Source: a virus
Length of the DNA stretch: 64,000 nucleotides
Reading direction: 5' to 3' (one strand)
Virus record (IMG/VR): IMGVR_UViG_3300009788_000087
The notes under the pieces were generated by a model that ran no database searches, had not been told where the DNA came from, and saw nothing but the letters and a program-made list of their open reading frames with translations. The position numbers and the translations under genes are program-made. This document shows, one piece after another, positions 36,832 to 45,305 of this stretch (position 1 is its first letter; every line of letters starts with the position of its first letter).

Positions 36832-37419
36832 TTATTTCTTCTTTCTTCTTGAGGTATTTTCAATTAACCTCTTACTATGTGATTGAGTTTCCATCGACTT
36901 AACATATTTCGGCTCGCGAGGCTTAAAATTCTTTGACTCTCTGACTGGCACGCTGTACCAGTGAGCTAGCTGCTCCCAGACAGCTCCTTCCTTCTTTGTA
37001 GTTTTCCAGCCTTCCATCTTTGGATTGCTCATACTACCTTGCTTTCCCATATGTACACGTGTGTTATACGGTGCAGATTCTTTCATCTTCGCGTTCGGCA
37101 TTGGTTTGAGCTTGAACTCTTCCATCATCGTGTGTTTCACGATTGCTCTAAGCGCAGACTCAGATGTCCACGGTCCCATGTTGGACTTGCCCTGTCTCTG
37201 CAAGCGATTGCCTTCCTTTGTTGAAGTACTGAGAGGTTGTGAGAAGTCCAAATTCCCTCCAGAACTAAAACCACGAGGAGATACATCTTCATCGACATAA
37301 CCATCAACGCCCTTCTTGCCCTTTTCGTCTTTCTTCTTGTCGTCTTTTGCTTTTTTCTCGACAAGATTTCTAGCTACTTTACGAATAACGCTCTTTAGTT
37401 CTTCTATAGTAAGCTTCAT
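36832..37419 (-). CDS. Basic hypothetical protein (leader MKLTIEELKSVIRKVARNLVE)
   Basis: Head module location; K-rich. Confidence 0.55.
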   Translation of the reverse strand: MKLTIEELKSVIRKVARNLVEKKAKDDKKKDEKGKKGVDGYVDEDVSPRGFSSGGNLDFSQPLSTSTKEGNRLQRQGKSNMGPWTSESALRAIVKHTMMEEFKLKPMPNAKMKESAPYNTRVHMGKQGSMSNPKMEGWKTTKKEGAVWEQLAHWYSVPVRESKNFKPREPKYVKSMETQSHSKRLIENTSRRKKK

Positions 37420-37420
37420 T

Positions 37421-38626
37421 TTAATAGTGCCCCGCTCCGCCAATTGCTTTCATGATCCTCTCAGACATTCTCTCGATGTTCATTCCTTCACCGGTGAGCA
37501 CGTCAGATGCCCATGTTTCATAAATACCGAGAAGTTTGTCTTTTCCGATTTCTCCGAGAGATTTCATGAAATGTTCTGGTTCTATTTGAATGAGAAATTT
37601 CACAAGACTAGGTTCGTCCATTGTATCAAGTTGCTTACGTGCAGTCCCATGTACGTCCATGAACGTATTCTTTGCAAAATCTAGATCTACATCATGCATG
37701 GAGTGAGAGCACTGCTTCGGTGCTGCAGGTGTATCTTTCATGCTAACGAAAGCTTCTATCAATCCGTAGTGATAGTTTTCTTTCCACGTAAATCCAGGCT
37801 GCATCCTAGAGTATTTCAATGAATGACCAGGTGTCTGTGTAAACTTAGCTCCACCGACCTGTTTCATCCTAGCATCAATAGTGTCCGTATCTTTTGTCTC
37901 ATCGTCTGTTGGAATATGGAATGCTATGATATCATCATCTTCTGGGTGTTGGACACTCATCTCAGGAGAACGCTTCATAATATTTCCCTGAAATGGCAGT
38001 CCATAGTTATACTCGTCTTGCCTGCGGAAAGGACCTTCTCCTTTACCAGCCCTCTCAAGATCATCGTCAGTCACGGCATTATCCCATGGATTACCCTTTG
38101 GTCGAGCGCTCCACTGACCCGAAGTGCCTGGATGTACCCTTCCACCAGTATGTTGGCCGCCCGTTCCTTGTCCAGCTTTGGCGACGTTGAATGGGACGCC
38201 CATTGCTTCAGCTGTCTTATCAAGCCATGGATCATCTTTCTCGTCTGGCACACCAAACTTTGACCTAGAACGCGGCGGATTGCTTACGATATTTCCCTGC
38301 ATGGGAGTGCCGTTCAAGACTCCATCGATCTCATCCATCCCGTCCATCCCGTCTATCCAACGTTCATCATCTGACGGTACACCTTTAGGAACTGGAACTG
38401 ACTGAAGTGATGGTCCGTGTCCAGCACTATCACGTGAATATGCGTGCGGTTGACCCCAGCTAGGTTGTGCTTTACCGTATGGGAATTTATCATCTCCCGT
38501 CTGGTATGCCTTGCGATTGACTCCTTTTCCACGGATACCAGATGTATCCGGACGGAAGAACATCGAGCCACCATAGCTAGACTGGTCTTCTCTCAGTGAG
38601 CGATAGTATGTTTCTCTTATGCTCAT
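37421..38626 (-). CDS. Low-complexity G/P/D-rich hypothetical protein (leader MSIRETYYRSLRED)
   Basis: 401 aa, coupled by overlap to the upstream gene. Confidence 0.55.
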   Translation of the reverse strand: MSIRETYYRSLREDQSSYGGSMFFRPDTSGIRGKGVNRKAYQTGDDKFPYGKAQPSWGQPHAYSRDSAGHGPSLQSVPVPKGVPSDDERWIDGMDGMDEIDGVLNGTPMQGNIVSNPPRSRSKFGVPDEKDDPWLDKTAEAMGVPFNVAKAGQGTGGQHTGGRVHPGTSGQWSARPKGNPWDNAVTDDDLERAGKGEGPFRRQDEYNYGLPFQGNIMKRSPEMSVQHPEDDDIIAFHIPTDDETKDTDTIDARMKQVGGAKFTQTPGHSLKYSRMQPGFTWKENYHYGLIEAFVSMKDTPAAPKQCSHSMHDVDLDFAKNTFMDVHGTARKQLDTMDEPSLVKFLIQIEPEHFMKSLGEIGKDKLLGIYETWASDVLTGEGMNIERMSERIMKAIGGAGHY

Positions 38627-39231
38627 TACCTCGTAATTGGAGCTTTGCTCGTATCAATACGAATCTCATCAAGTTTCTTGCGTCGTTCCTCAAGTGCACG
38701 TTCTTGGCCTTGAGTTGTCTGCTGCATTATTCCTTTATTGCTTTGACCTGACATCTTTCTAAAGATCTCACCGTAGCGTGACGGATCTGACATTTCTAAT
38801 TCGCCACGAGAATTTGTCTCCACAGGTCCCATAATTGGTATTGAGGGTTTGCCAGCACCTTCACGCATGTTTGTAGGGACGACATTTTTGAACATTGACG
38901 CAAGCAGCGGATTTTCTTTTGCGAACAGCGCAGATCTTGCTGTTTCGTTCTTACGAGTAATTGTCCCCTGTTGATAGATTCCCTCGTCTGAGTTGTCCAT
39001 CATTTCAGGAACATGCTCATCTCTTGCATTTGAAAGTTCTTTCTCGTAGATATCTTCAAACTTCATTGATTGACGCTGCGGTGATGGTGGCCTCTGCGGT
39101 TGGACTGGTGATCCAACAGCTTCATGTACAAGGTTCTTTATGTACATCTCAGATACGACTTTAGGAAGTAGCTTTCGCACTTCTTCCGCTACGATCACTC
39201 TGATCATCTCTACCATTGTTGGTTTCTTCAT
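38626..39231 (-). CDS. Hypothetical head-module protein
   Basis: MIRVIVAEEVRKLLP..LVHEA N-terminus. Confidence 0.55.
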   Translation of the reverse strand: MKKPTMVEMIRVIVAEEVRKLLPKVVSEMYIKNLVHEAVGSPVQPQRPPSPQRQSMKFEDIYEKELSNARDEHVPEMMDNSDEGIYQQGTITRKNETARSALFAKENPLLASMFKNVVPTNMREGAGKPSIPIMGPVETNSRGELEMSDPSRYGEIFRKMSGQSNKGIMQQTTQGQERALEERRKKLDEIRIDTSKAPITR

Positions 39232-39264
39232 CTTAATACACTTTCATTTAATTTTATCTACCAT

Positions 39265-39271
39265 CTAAGTA
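39265..39271 (-). promoter_or_regulatory. Candidate late-promoter motif TACTTAG
   Basis: In a 46-nt gap upstream of ATG 39231. Confidence 0.45.
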
Positions 39272-39277
39272 TAGATG

Positions 39278-40054
39278 TCAACTACAAACAGGTATAAAAG
39301 CATCTAATGCAGCTCCCAGTAGTTCTCCTAGTTCAGCGCAACCATCGGCGGTGTAATGCTTATTGTCTATATCTAGGTTGATCACGTCCGGATTCACGAC
39401 TGTGACACGCGAGTCAGCCGCTGCTACAGCATCCTGCGCCGTGCGAATAGTCCCCGCAAAAGCCGCGACGTTGTCTGCATTAAGTCGCGCGATAATAAAT
39501 GGCATCGTGGCGTTATTGAAGTCAATACGAGCCTGTGCAATGAAACTATTCAAGTTTGTCTCGTATGCGTCGGCTTCGACCTCCACTATGGAATCCGCCT
39601 CACCCTGAATCCAAATCATGCCGACGACTTCGTAGCCTCCAGCCCATGCATTGAGCTGTGCTGCTCTATTCTCCAGGAATGCTTTCATGCGACTGTAAAG
39701 TACGGTACCAGTAGATGCCGTCTCGTCCCAGTCATTGGCTAAATCAGTAGCGCCGGTAGCGCATTTAACTAAGTAGACTTCTCCGTGTGTCTGAATGTTT
39801 GGTATATTACGAACAATGCCAACTTCAGGCCCAAACTCTCCCTGTGAGTTGACGCGCGATTTTGTATCGTGCCATCCCCACTCAAATGCGCAAGGCGATG
39901 CACCGTCATCACTAGAACATTGCAATTGTTGCACGATTCTCACGCCCGGGAATTCGTCTCCGTAATTAGCGAAACCTCCAGTCAGGTTTGCAGGGTCGGT
40001 GGCCAAGCCGAGTGCGTTGCTCTGGCCAGCGAGAATGATAACCTGATTAGCCAT
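39278..40054 (-). CDS. SGNH hydrolase of the sialate O-acetylesterase (SASA) type
   Basis: ILAGQSNA, FGPE, WIQGEAD, DNKHY. Confidence 0.85.
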   Translation of the reverse strand: MANQVIILAGQSNALGLATDPANLTGGFANYGDEFPGVRIVQQLQCSSDDGASPCAFEWGWHDTKSRVNSQGEFGPEVGIVRNIPNIQTHGEVYLVKCATGATDLANDWDETASTGTVLYSRMKAFLENRAAQLNAWAGGYEVVGMIWIQGEADSIVEVEADAYETNLNSFIAQARIDFNNATMPFIIARLNADNVAAFAGTIRTAQDAVAAADSRVTVVNPDVINLDIDNKHYTADGCAELGELLGAALDAFIPVCS

Positions 40055-40941
40055 TATGCTGTCACCATCTGTGTGTGAAAGGTTGCGAGAGATGCTTGTG
40101 TAACCGCTTCCGCTGCGGCACCCTCGAACAGTAGGACATAAGCAATGTCCGCACCTGCTGCGGGGAAGCGTGAATCCCCGATCGTGAAGTAGCTGTTATT
40201 GGTAACGAAGGTCAGTGTACTCACGTCACGTGTATGCTCCGATATTTCATTCATTGTCTTGACCGTCTGCGCGGTCGCATTATAGACCATGCCACCGATG
40301 TGCCAGTTTCCGTCATTACTATCACCGACGATCAGGCTATTGGCTACGCTGGCCGTGCCATCACTGATCGTAGTGGTTAGGCGTCCGAGCGAGTCAAACG
40401 AAGAGACAATACCAGCATTGTCAGCCGCGGGCGCGGCAGCCAGCCCCCGCCCCTTTGAGAGCAGTGCCAACGTCGCCGCGTTTTCGACAGCTACGTTATA
40501 CACGGCCATCCATGCGGTGCTCTGTGTAAGGTCCCCGATGAGGACGTTGCTCGCGGCAAATCGTTCACTGGATAAGATTGTAAGTCTGATCGCTGTTCGG
40601 CTGCCTTGTAATCCTGATGTTGCAATTGCCCATTCCGCACCATCTACATCACCCTCGAAAAGCTGCTCATCCTGAAGCGCATCGACAAGGTTGTTATCGG
40701 TTGTTTCTTGACATGTCCAGATGTAACTGGGTGTTGCGGCAGGTACGCCGAGGGCTGTAGCCACTGCTGCTGCAGTAATGGGAAAATTTGTGTCAGTGAC
40801 AGCAGAAGATACTTCAGCCCCCGTTGGAATGCACGAAGTCCCTATTGAATCCGAATGTGACAGATCTCCACTAAGAATACGTGGGTCTTCGTGCAAACCA
40901 CCAGTAATCAATCGACCGAATGCATCATAGAATGGAGTCAT
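40054..40941 (-). CDS. LamG/concanavalin-like protein with conserved N-terminal anchor
   Basis: DGNWHIGGMVY; YFTIG; N-terminal GLHEDPRILSGDLSHS. Confidence 0.6.
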   Translation of the reverse strand: MTPFYDAFGRLITGGLHEDPRILSGDLSHSDSIGTSCIPTGAEVSSAVTDTNFPITAAAVATALGVPAATPSYIWTCQETTDNNLVDALQDEQLFEGDVDGAEWAIATSGLQGSRTAIRLTILSSERFAASNVLIGDLTQSTAWMAVYNVAVENAATLALLSKGRGLAAAPAADNAGIVSSFDSLGRLTTTISDGTASVANSLIVGDSNDGNWHIGGMVYNATAQTVKTMNEISEHTRDVSTLTFVTNNSYFTIGDSRFPAAGADIAYVLLFEGAAAEAVTQASLATFHTQMVTA

Positions 40942-40944
40942 AAT

Positions 40945-41496
40945 CTATGCAAATAGCTGGTACAATGAAAGTAGACCAAATCCACCAGCTACAAGATATG
41001 CAACTATCGCACGGTTCTTCCACTTGGTTATTTCTGACTTCTTTGTGACTATGAGGTCTGATGGTTTCGCGTTCTTCTCTATTTCTTTCATCTTTTCCTC
41101 TGGAATATCAAGAAGATCTTGTTCTGTCTCTAGCTGACCAAGACCTTCGACAAAATGCGGACCATCTGAGATGGGTGCGGAGAAGAATATGACTTCTGAT
41201 AGAAGTTCCGCTCTAAGCATGTCCATCTCATCTTGACTAAGCTTATTCTCGAACCCAATCTGACCAACCGCCAGCACGTCAAAGATCCAGTCATCCGGCT
41301 CCACGTCCGCTTGGGGTCCTACTAGTGCTGCGACACGGGCGCGAACGATTGTTTTTACAGGAGCGGGGTTCTCCAGCACAGTGCGGATCTGCGACAGAAA
41401 TGCCTCGAACTCGGGCACCGTGACGCGCGCGCTGTGCTCGCTGACGTCGTTACTCGTCGGCCAGCCCAGATGAACAGTGTTATCAGGTACGGCCAT
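40945..41496 (-). CDS. Hypothetical protein with C-terminal transmembrane helix
   Basis: AIVAYLVAGGFGLLSLYQLFA terminus. Confidence 0.5.
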   Translation of the reverse strand: MAVPDNTVHLGWPTSNDVSEHSARVTVPEFEAFLSQIRTVLENPAPVKTIVRARVAALVGPQADVEPDDWIFDVLAVGQIGFENKLSQDEMDMLRAELLSEVIFFSAPISDGPHFVEGLGQLETEQDLLDIPEEKMKEIEKNAKPSDLIVTKKSEITKWKNRAIVAYLVAGGFGLLSLYQLFA

Positions 41497-42341
41497 TATA
41501 CAAACGCCACATCAGTGGAGAACGTCGGGAGAGCTGGAGCACCTCCGCCGCCAGCGGTCGGGGTAAGAGTCCATCCGTTACCGCTCGCGTCCAACCAAAC
41601 GTTGTTCAACTGGTGATAGGCTTCCAGGCCGGGCTGCGCGGTGATGTGAGCTAGTTTGTTGGCGTCGATCTGCGGCTGAGTTCGGATTGTGCTGCACACA
41701 CGTGACTCGTCTTGCCTGCCATCAATGGATGCTACGGCTCCGCTGAGCGTCGAACTGCCACCGATAGAAAATCTATCACCGCTGACGGTCGATGACCCGG
41801 CTCGCGCTATGATGATTGTCCCGTTTCCCTGCGACACTCCATCGATGAAAAGTTCGTGCTGTACCGCCTGTGATGCGGCAGCGGCAAGCCACGTCCACGC
41901 CACGTGCGTCCAGACGTTATTTGCGCCGCCAACCCAAGTCCATCTCTGCTGCTGAAACCCGCCCGTGTCTGTTCGCACAAAAGCGTGGAAAACTCTATCA
42001 GGACCTGACGAGGTGATTAACAGAGCGTCGTTTTGAGTGGCGGCGACAAAGCCCCATCTCGACATCAGTGTTTGGGTGGCGGCCCCGGTAAAGGTGTCTA
42101 GCTCAAATAGCGTCTCGTACGTCCGGTCGCCAGTCGTGTTGATTCCCTCGCCTCCAACCAGCCCAAGGATCTCTGCAAGGTTGTTGGTGTTAGTGCCGGC
42201 ATGAGTGAACTGAGCGCTGTGAGTGTTGACCAGCTCTCCATTCACTGATTCAGAATGTGCCAAGTCCCCACCGAGGACACGTGGATCCTCTCTAAGCCCC
42301 CTCGTCACGAGCTCTGGTCCATATAGAGGTGTTAGGATCAT
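41496..42341 (-). CDS. LamG domain protein with conserved N-terminal anchor
   Basis: WTHVAWTW..LFIDGV..FSIGG..IDGRQDESRV; N-terminal GLREDPRVLGGDLAHS. Confidence 0.75.
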   Translation of the reverse strand: MILTPLYGPELVTRGLREDPRVLGGDLAHSESVNGELVNTHSAQFTHAGTNTNNLAEILGLVGGEGINTTGDRTYETLFELDTFTGAATQTLMSRWGFVAATQNDALLITSSGPDRVFHAFVRTDTGGFQQQRWTWVGGANNVWTHVAWTWLAAAASQAVQHELFIDGVSQGNGTIIIARAGSSTVSGDRFSIGGSSTLSGAVASIDGRQDESRVCSTIRTQPQIDANKLAHITAQPGLEAYHQLNNVWLDASGNGWTLTPTAGGGGAPALPTFSTDVAFV

Positions 42342-42647
42342 TTAATCAGAAGTAAGCTCCGTGACCATCGCAGATCCCGTTGTCGCAGTCCAAATACCTG
42401 TTATAGATCCAGTGTACATTGGCAATGGAACCTCATAGTATGAACCTGAACCCATCTTTACAGTGAAGTCATTGCTTGATGCATTTGTTCCAAGTTTTAA
42501 AAACAGTATTGCCTCACTGAAATTGTAAATCATTGCAGCACGACGATGTAGATTCTCAGGAATTACAGTAGTAAGTGCGCCTGTTGCTGGCACTCTTGTT
42601 CCACTAGCTGCTGCAACTCCTAAAAAATTTCCGATGTGTAATGCCAT
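42342..42647 (-). CDS. Small beta-rich virion protein (decoration-like)
   Basis: RRAAMIYN.S..ILFLKLG..SYYEVP..YTGSITGIW. Confidence 0.55.
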   Translation of the reverse strand: MALHIGNFLGVAAASGTRVPATGALTTVIPENLHRRAAMIYNFSEAILFLKLGTNASSNDFTVKMGSGSYYEVPLPMYTGSITGIWTATTGSAMVTELTSD

Positions 42648-42651
42648 ATTG

Positions 42652-43245
42652 CTACTTCCTCACTCGTATATCATTAAGAGCTCTATAGATCCTGTCAGCC
42701 TTGCTCCATATTCTCTTAACGTCAACTTCAACTGATTCATTCATGAACGCGCCAGGAGTTGATGGTTCACTAACTGCGTCAAAACAAATGAGCTGGTAGT
42801 CATCCTGTACAACGTCAGTACCTTCATTCGTTGACTCTGTGCTTCCCACTCCCCTGCTCGACATTCCAATTCTGACGCCTGATTCAAGAAGTGACTCAAG
42901 GATCTTTCCTTTCGGTGTATTTAGAACTTCTACCATCCCACGAACTACATCACCTTCCCAGAAGATTTCTCTGACAATGTGAGATGTCTTATCGAGTGCA
43001 ACTGTTGATGTTTCAGGATGATCAAGTTCGCCTAGAGCTCTGTTCTCACGAACGACTTTCTCATAGTTCAATACTTCACGTTGAAGGATCTCATTTGGAT
43101 AGATTCGACCATTCTGATTCTTCGTACCAGACTTCTGAAGAATTGCTGGCAGAAGAATTTTTCCACCATTCTTATTCCTTGACTCATTGATGGCATCGGC
43201 AGTACATTCAAGTGCATACCACTCTCTTAAAAGTGTCTTTTTCAT
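42652..43245 (-). CDS. gp21: Prohead protease
   Basis: KNQNGRIYP; GELDHP; GMSSRGVGS; DAVSEPST. Confidence 0.95.
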   Translation of the reverse strand: MKKTLLREWYALECTADAINESRNKNGGKILLPAILQKSGTKNQNGRIYPNEILQREVLNYEKVVRENRALGELDHPETSTVALDKTSHIVREIFWEGDVVRGMVEVLNTPKGKILESLLESGVRIGMSSRGVGSTESTNEGTDVVQDDYQLICFDAVSEPSTPGAFMNESVEVDVKRIWSKADRIYRALNDIRVRK

Positions 43246-44408
43246 TATGATATTTTCCTGTACTTAGATGTTAGAGTACGTTTAAGCATCGTGATTTCGA
43301 GTGCATTGAGATCTGCCACGAACCCGTCTACTTTCTTCTCCATCTTCATGAGGTACTCATCACGCTTCTGAACTGCCTTAGCAACGTCATCTGACGTATC
43401 GAGTGCATCCTCTTGAATAGCCATCATCTCTGCTCTGAGCACTTTGGATCTTTCTGGATCAATCTTTCCCATCGTGCCACGTGCATTCTCAGAGACATCA
43501 ATCTTTGGGTACCCATTCACGATAATCAAGTAGAATGGACCTACCTCACCAGTTCCTTCACTGTCTCCAATGTAGAACTCCATGTAGAGCTCACCCTTCT
43601 CAACATCTTTCTTTACGCCCTTCTCCTTAACTTCGAAGCCCGCAGATTCAAGCGAATTCTTTATTGTCCCCGCTGCGTCTTTCAGTGCTTTCTCGGACTT
43701 CTTTGCAATATTCTTCTGCATGCCCTGAAAGGTTTTATCAGCGAGGACTGCTTGCTTTGAGAGTTTGCTTACGTACTCGTCCCAACTACTTCCGCTCTTT
43801 TCCTCACGGAAGATCGACTCAGTTATGCTCGCTACGAGCCTATTAAGAGATTCTTTCTTTCCATGTTTCTTCGAAGCTGGAGCTTTGGTCTTGGGATCTT
43901 TTTCTTTTTCAGCAGCTTTCTCAGGATGCTTGCGTAATTGCTCAACATCTTTCTTCATCGCTGCAAGCTTTGATGGATCCCTTGGTGGAAATCTACTGAG
44001 CTCAGAGCGACGTGCGGCTAGCTTCGTTGGAAATTCACCGACCTCTTTCGAGCCTTGCTTCTTTCCTGGATTCGGTGCATAGAGGACGTACCCCTCACCA
44101 CCCTGTTTCTTTCGAACGATCTCACGGACCTTACTCCTAATGACCTGACGCAGTGCATTCTCTGCGAATCCTTTCTTGATCATCTCAGCTAGCTTGACGT
44201 ACTCGTTCTCATCAAGCATGCCTTCCACGATGCCAGATGATTCCTCATCAAGACCACAGAAATAAGCAATTGCTTCAACAACACTAAGGGTCTCATTCAT
44301 GTCGAGCATCTCGTCGACTTTCTTCTTCCTTTTCTTGATGCCAACTGGTACCTGGAACCCCGCGATTCCACCGACACCAGAAAATTCTTTTAGTGTCTTC
44401 TTAGCCAT
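43245..44408 (-). CDS. Hypothetical prohead core-like protein
   Basis: Charged, several LxE sites, between portal and protease. Confidence 0.5.
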   Translation of the reverse strand: MAKKTLKEFSGVGGIAGFQVPVGIKKRKKKVDEMLDMNETLSVVEAIAYFCGLDEESSGIVEGMLDENEYVKLAEMIKKGFAENALRQVIRSKVREIVRKKQGGEGYVLYAPNPGKKQGSKEVGEFPTKLAARRSELSRFPPRDPSKLAAMKKDVEQLRKHPEKAAEKEKDPKTKAPASKKHGKKESLNRLVASITESIFREEKSGSSWDEYVSKLSKQAVLADKTFQGMQKNIAKKSEKALKDAAGTIKNSLESAGFEVKEKGVKKDVEKGELYMEFYIGDSEGTGEVGPFYLIIVNGYPKIDVSENARGTMGKIDPERSKVLRAEMMAIQEDALDTSDDVAKAVQKRDEYLMKMEKKVDGFVADLNALEITMLKRTLTSKYRKIS

Positions 44409-45267
44409 TAGAGTTTAATTCCTCCACGAGCTTGCAATAAAGCAGCATGTCTTCAACGTGTGAACTATGAGATTCTCTCAGGTTCAATTCACGAAGCATG
44501 TTTTCAGCGTCTTTTAATTTCTTTATCATCTGCTTATCTTCATGAATTTCTTTTACACCATGAGCAGACTGCATCTCAAATAGAAGTCTCTTTCTTTCAA
44601 CAACGAGCATTGCAGTAACGAGTCTAGAACTATTCTCTGATGCTAGAGCAACGACATACTTCTTGAGCAATCTCTTCTGTGACTCACACAATGTATCATT
44701 GTATCGCTCATTGAATTTCTTGACAGTAATTGAATAAACCAGAGGATCGATCTTTTCAGTTATAGCATGTCTCTTTGTATCGACTGACATGTAGTTTATG
44801 AGTGCTTCTTCGAGATGTACTCGCTGGACGCTCTCGTTGATAGTACTCTTCGGATTACACCCGTTAATCAACATCTGGATCGATGCGTATGCTTTGTAGT
44901 CAGCAAACTTGTAATCAGAGAAGAGATTCTTTCCGAATGCACGATGAATCTCCTTGATTGCATTGCTCTTCTTTATGTCTATCAGTCTATGATCAAGCTT
45001 CTTCGCTACAATGATAACTTCTGCCAACACTCGACGTGCGACATTCGGTTTTACACCTCGAGTTGAAGCTATAATTTCAAAGAGCTGTCTCTCCTTTGCC
45101 ATCGGTTGGCCAGCAGCAAAGTACTTCTTTGTAATTGCCAGGGCACACTTATAGCTTCGAGAGTCCTTGTCGATCAACGACTCAGACATCTTTCTAACGA
45201 GAAATTCATAGACTAACCCAGAATTCCTGCGCTTATTATGCTTAAACCTCATCTTCTTAGAGCTCAT
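44401..45267 (-). CDS. Hypothetical head-module protein
   Basis: FKHNKRRNSGLVYEFLVR; directly after portal. Confidence 0.6.
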   Translation of the reverse strand: MSSKKMRFKHNKRRNSGLVYEFLVRKMSESLIDKDSRSYKCALAITKKYFAAGQPMAKERQLFEIIASTRGVKPNVARRVLAEVIIVAKKLDHRLIDIKKSNAIKEIHRAFGKNLFSDYKFADYKAYASIQMLINGCNPKSTINESVQRVHLEEALINYMSVDTKRHAITEKIDPLVYSITVKKFNERYNDTLCESQKRLLKKYVVALASENSSRLVTAMLVVERKRLLFEMQSAHGVKEIHEDKQMIKKLKDAENMLRELNLRESHSSHVEDMLLYCKLVEELNSNG

Positions 45268-45305
45268 ATTGTTGATGTCTCCATTCTCCTATGGATTTAA
45301 TCTAA

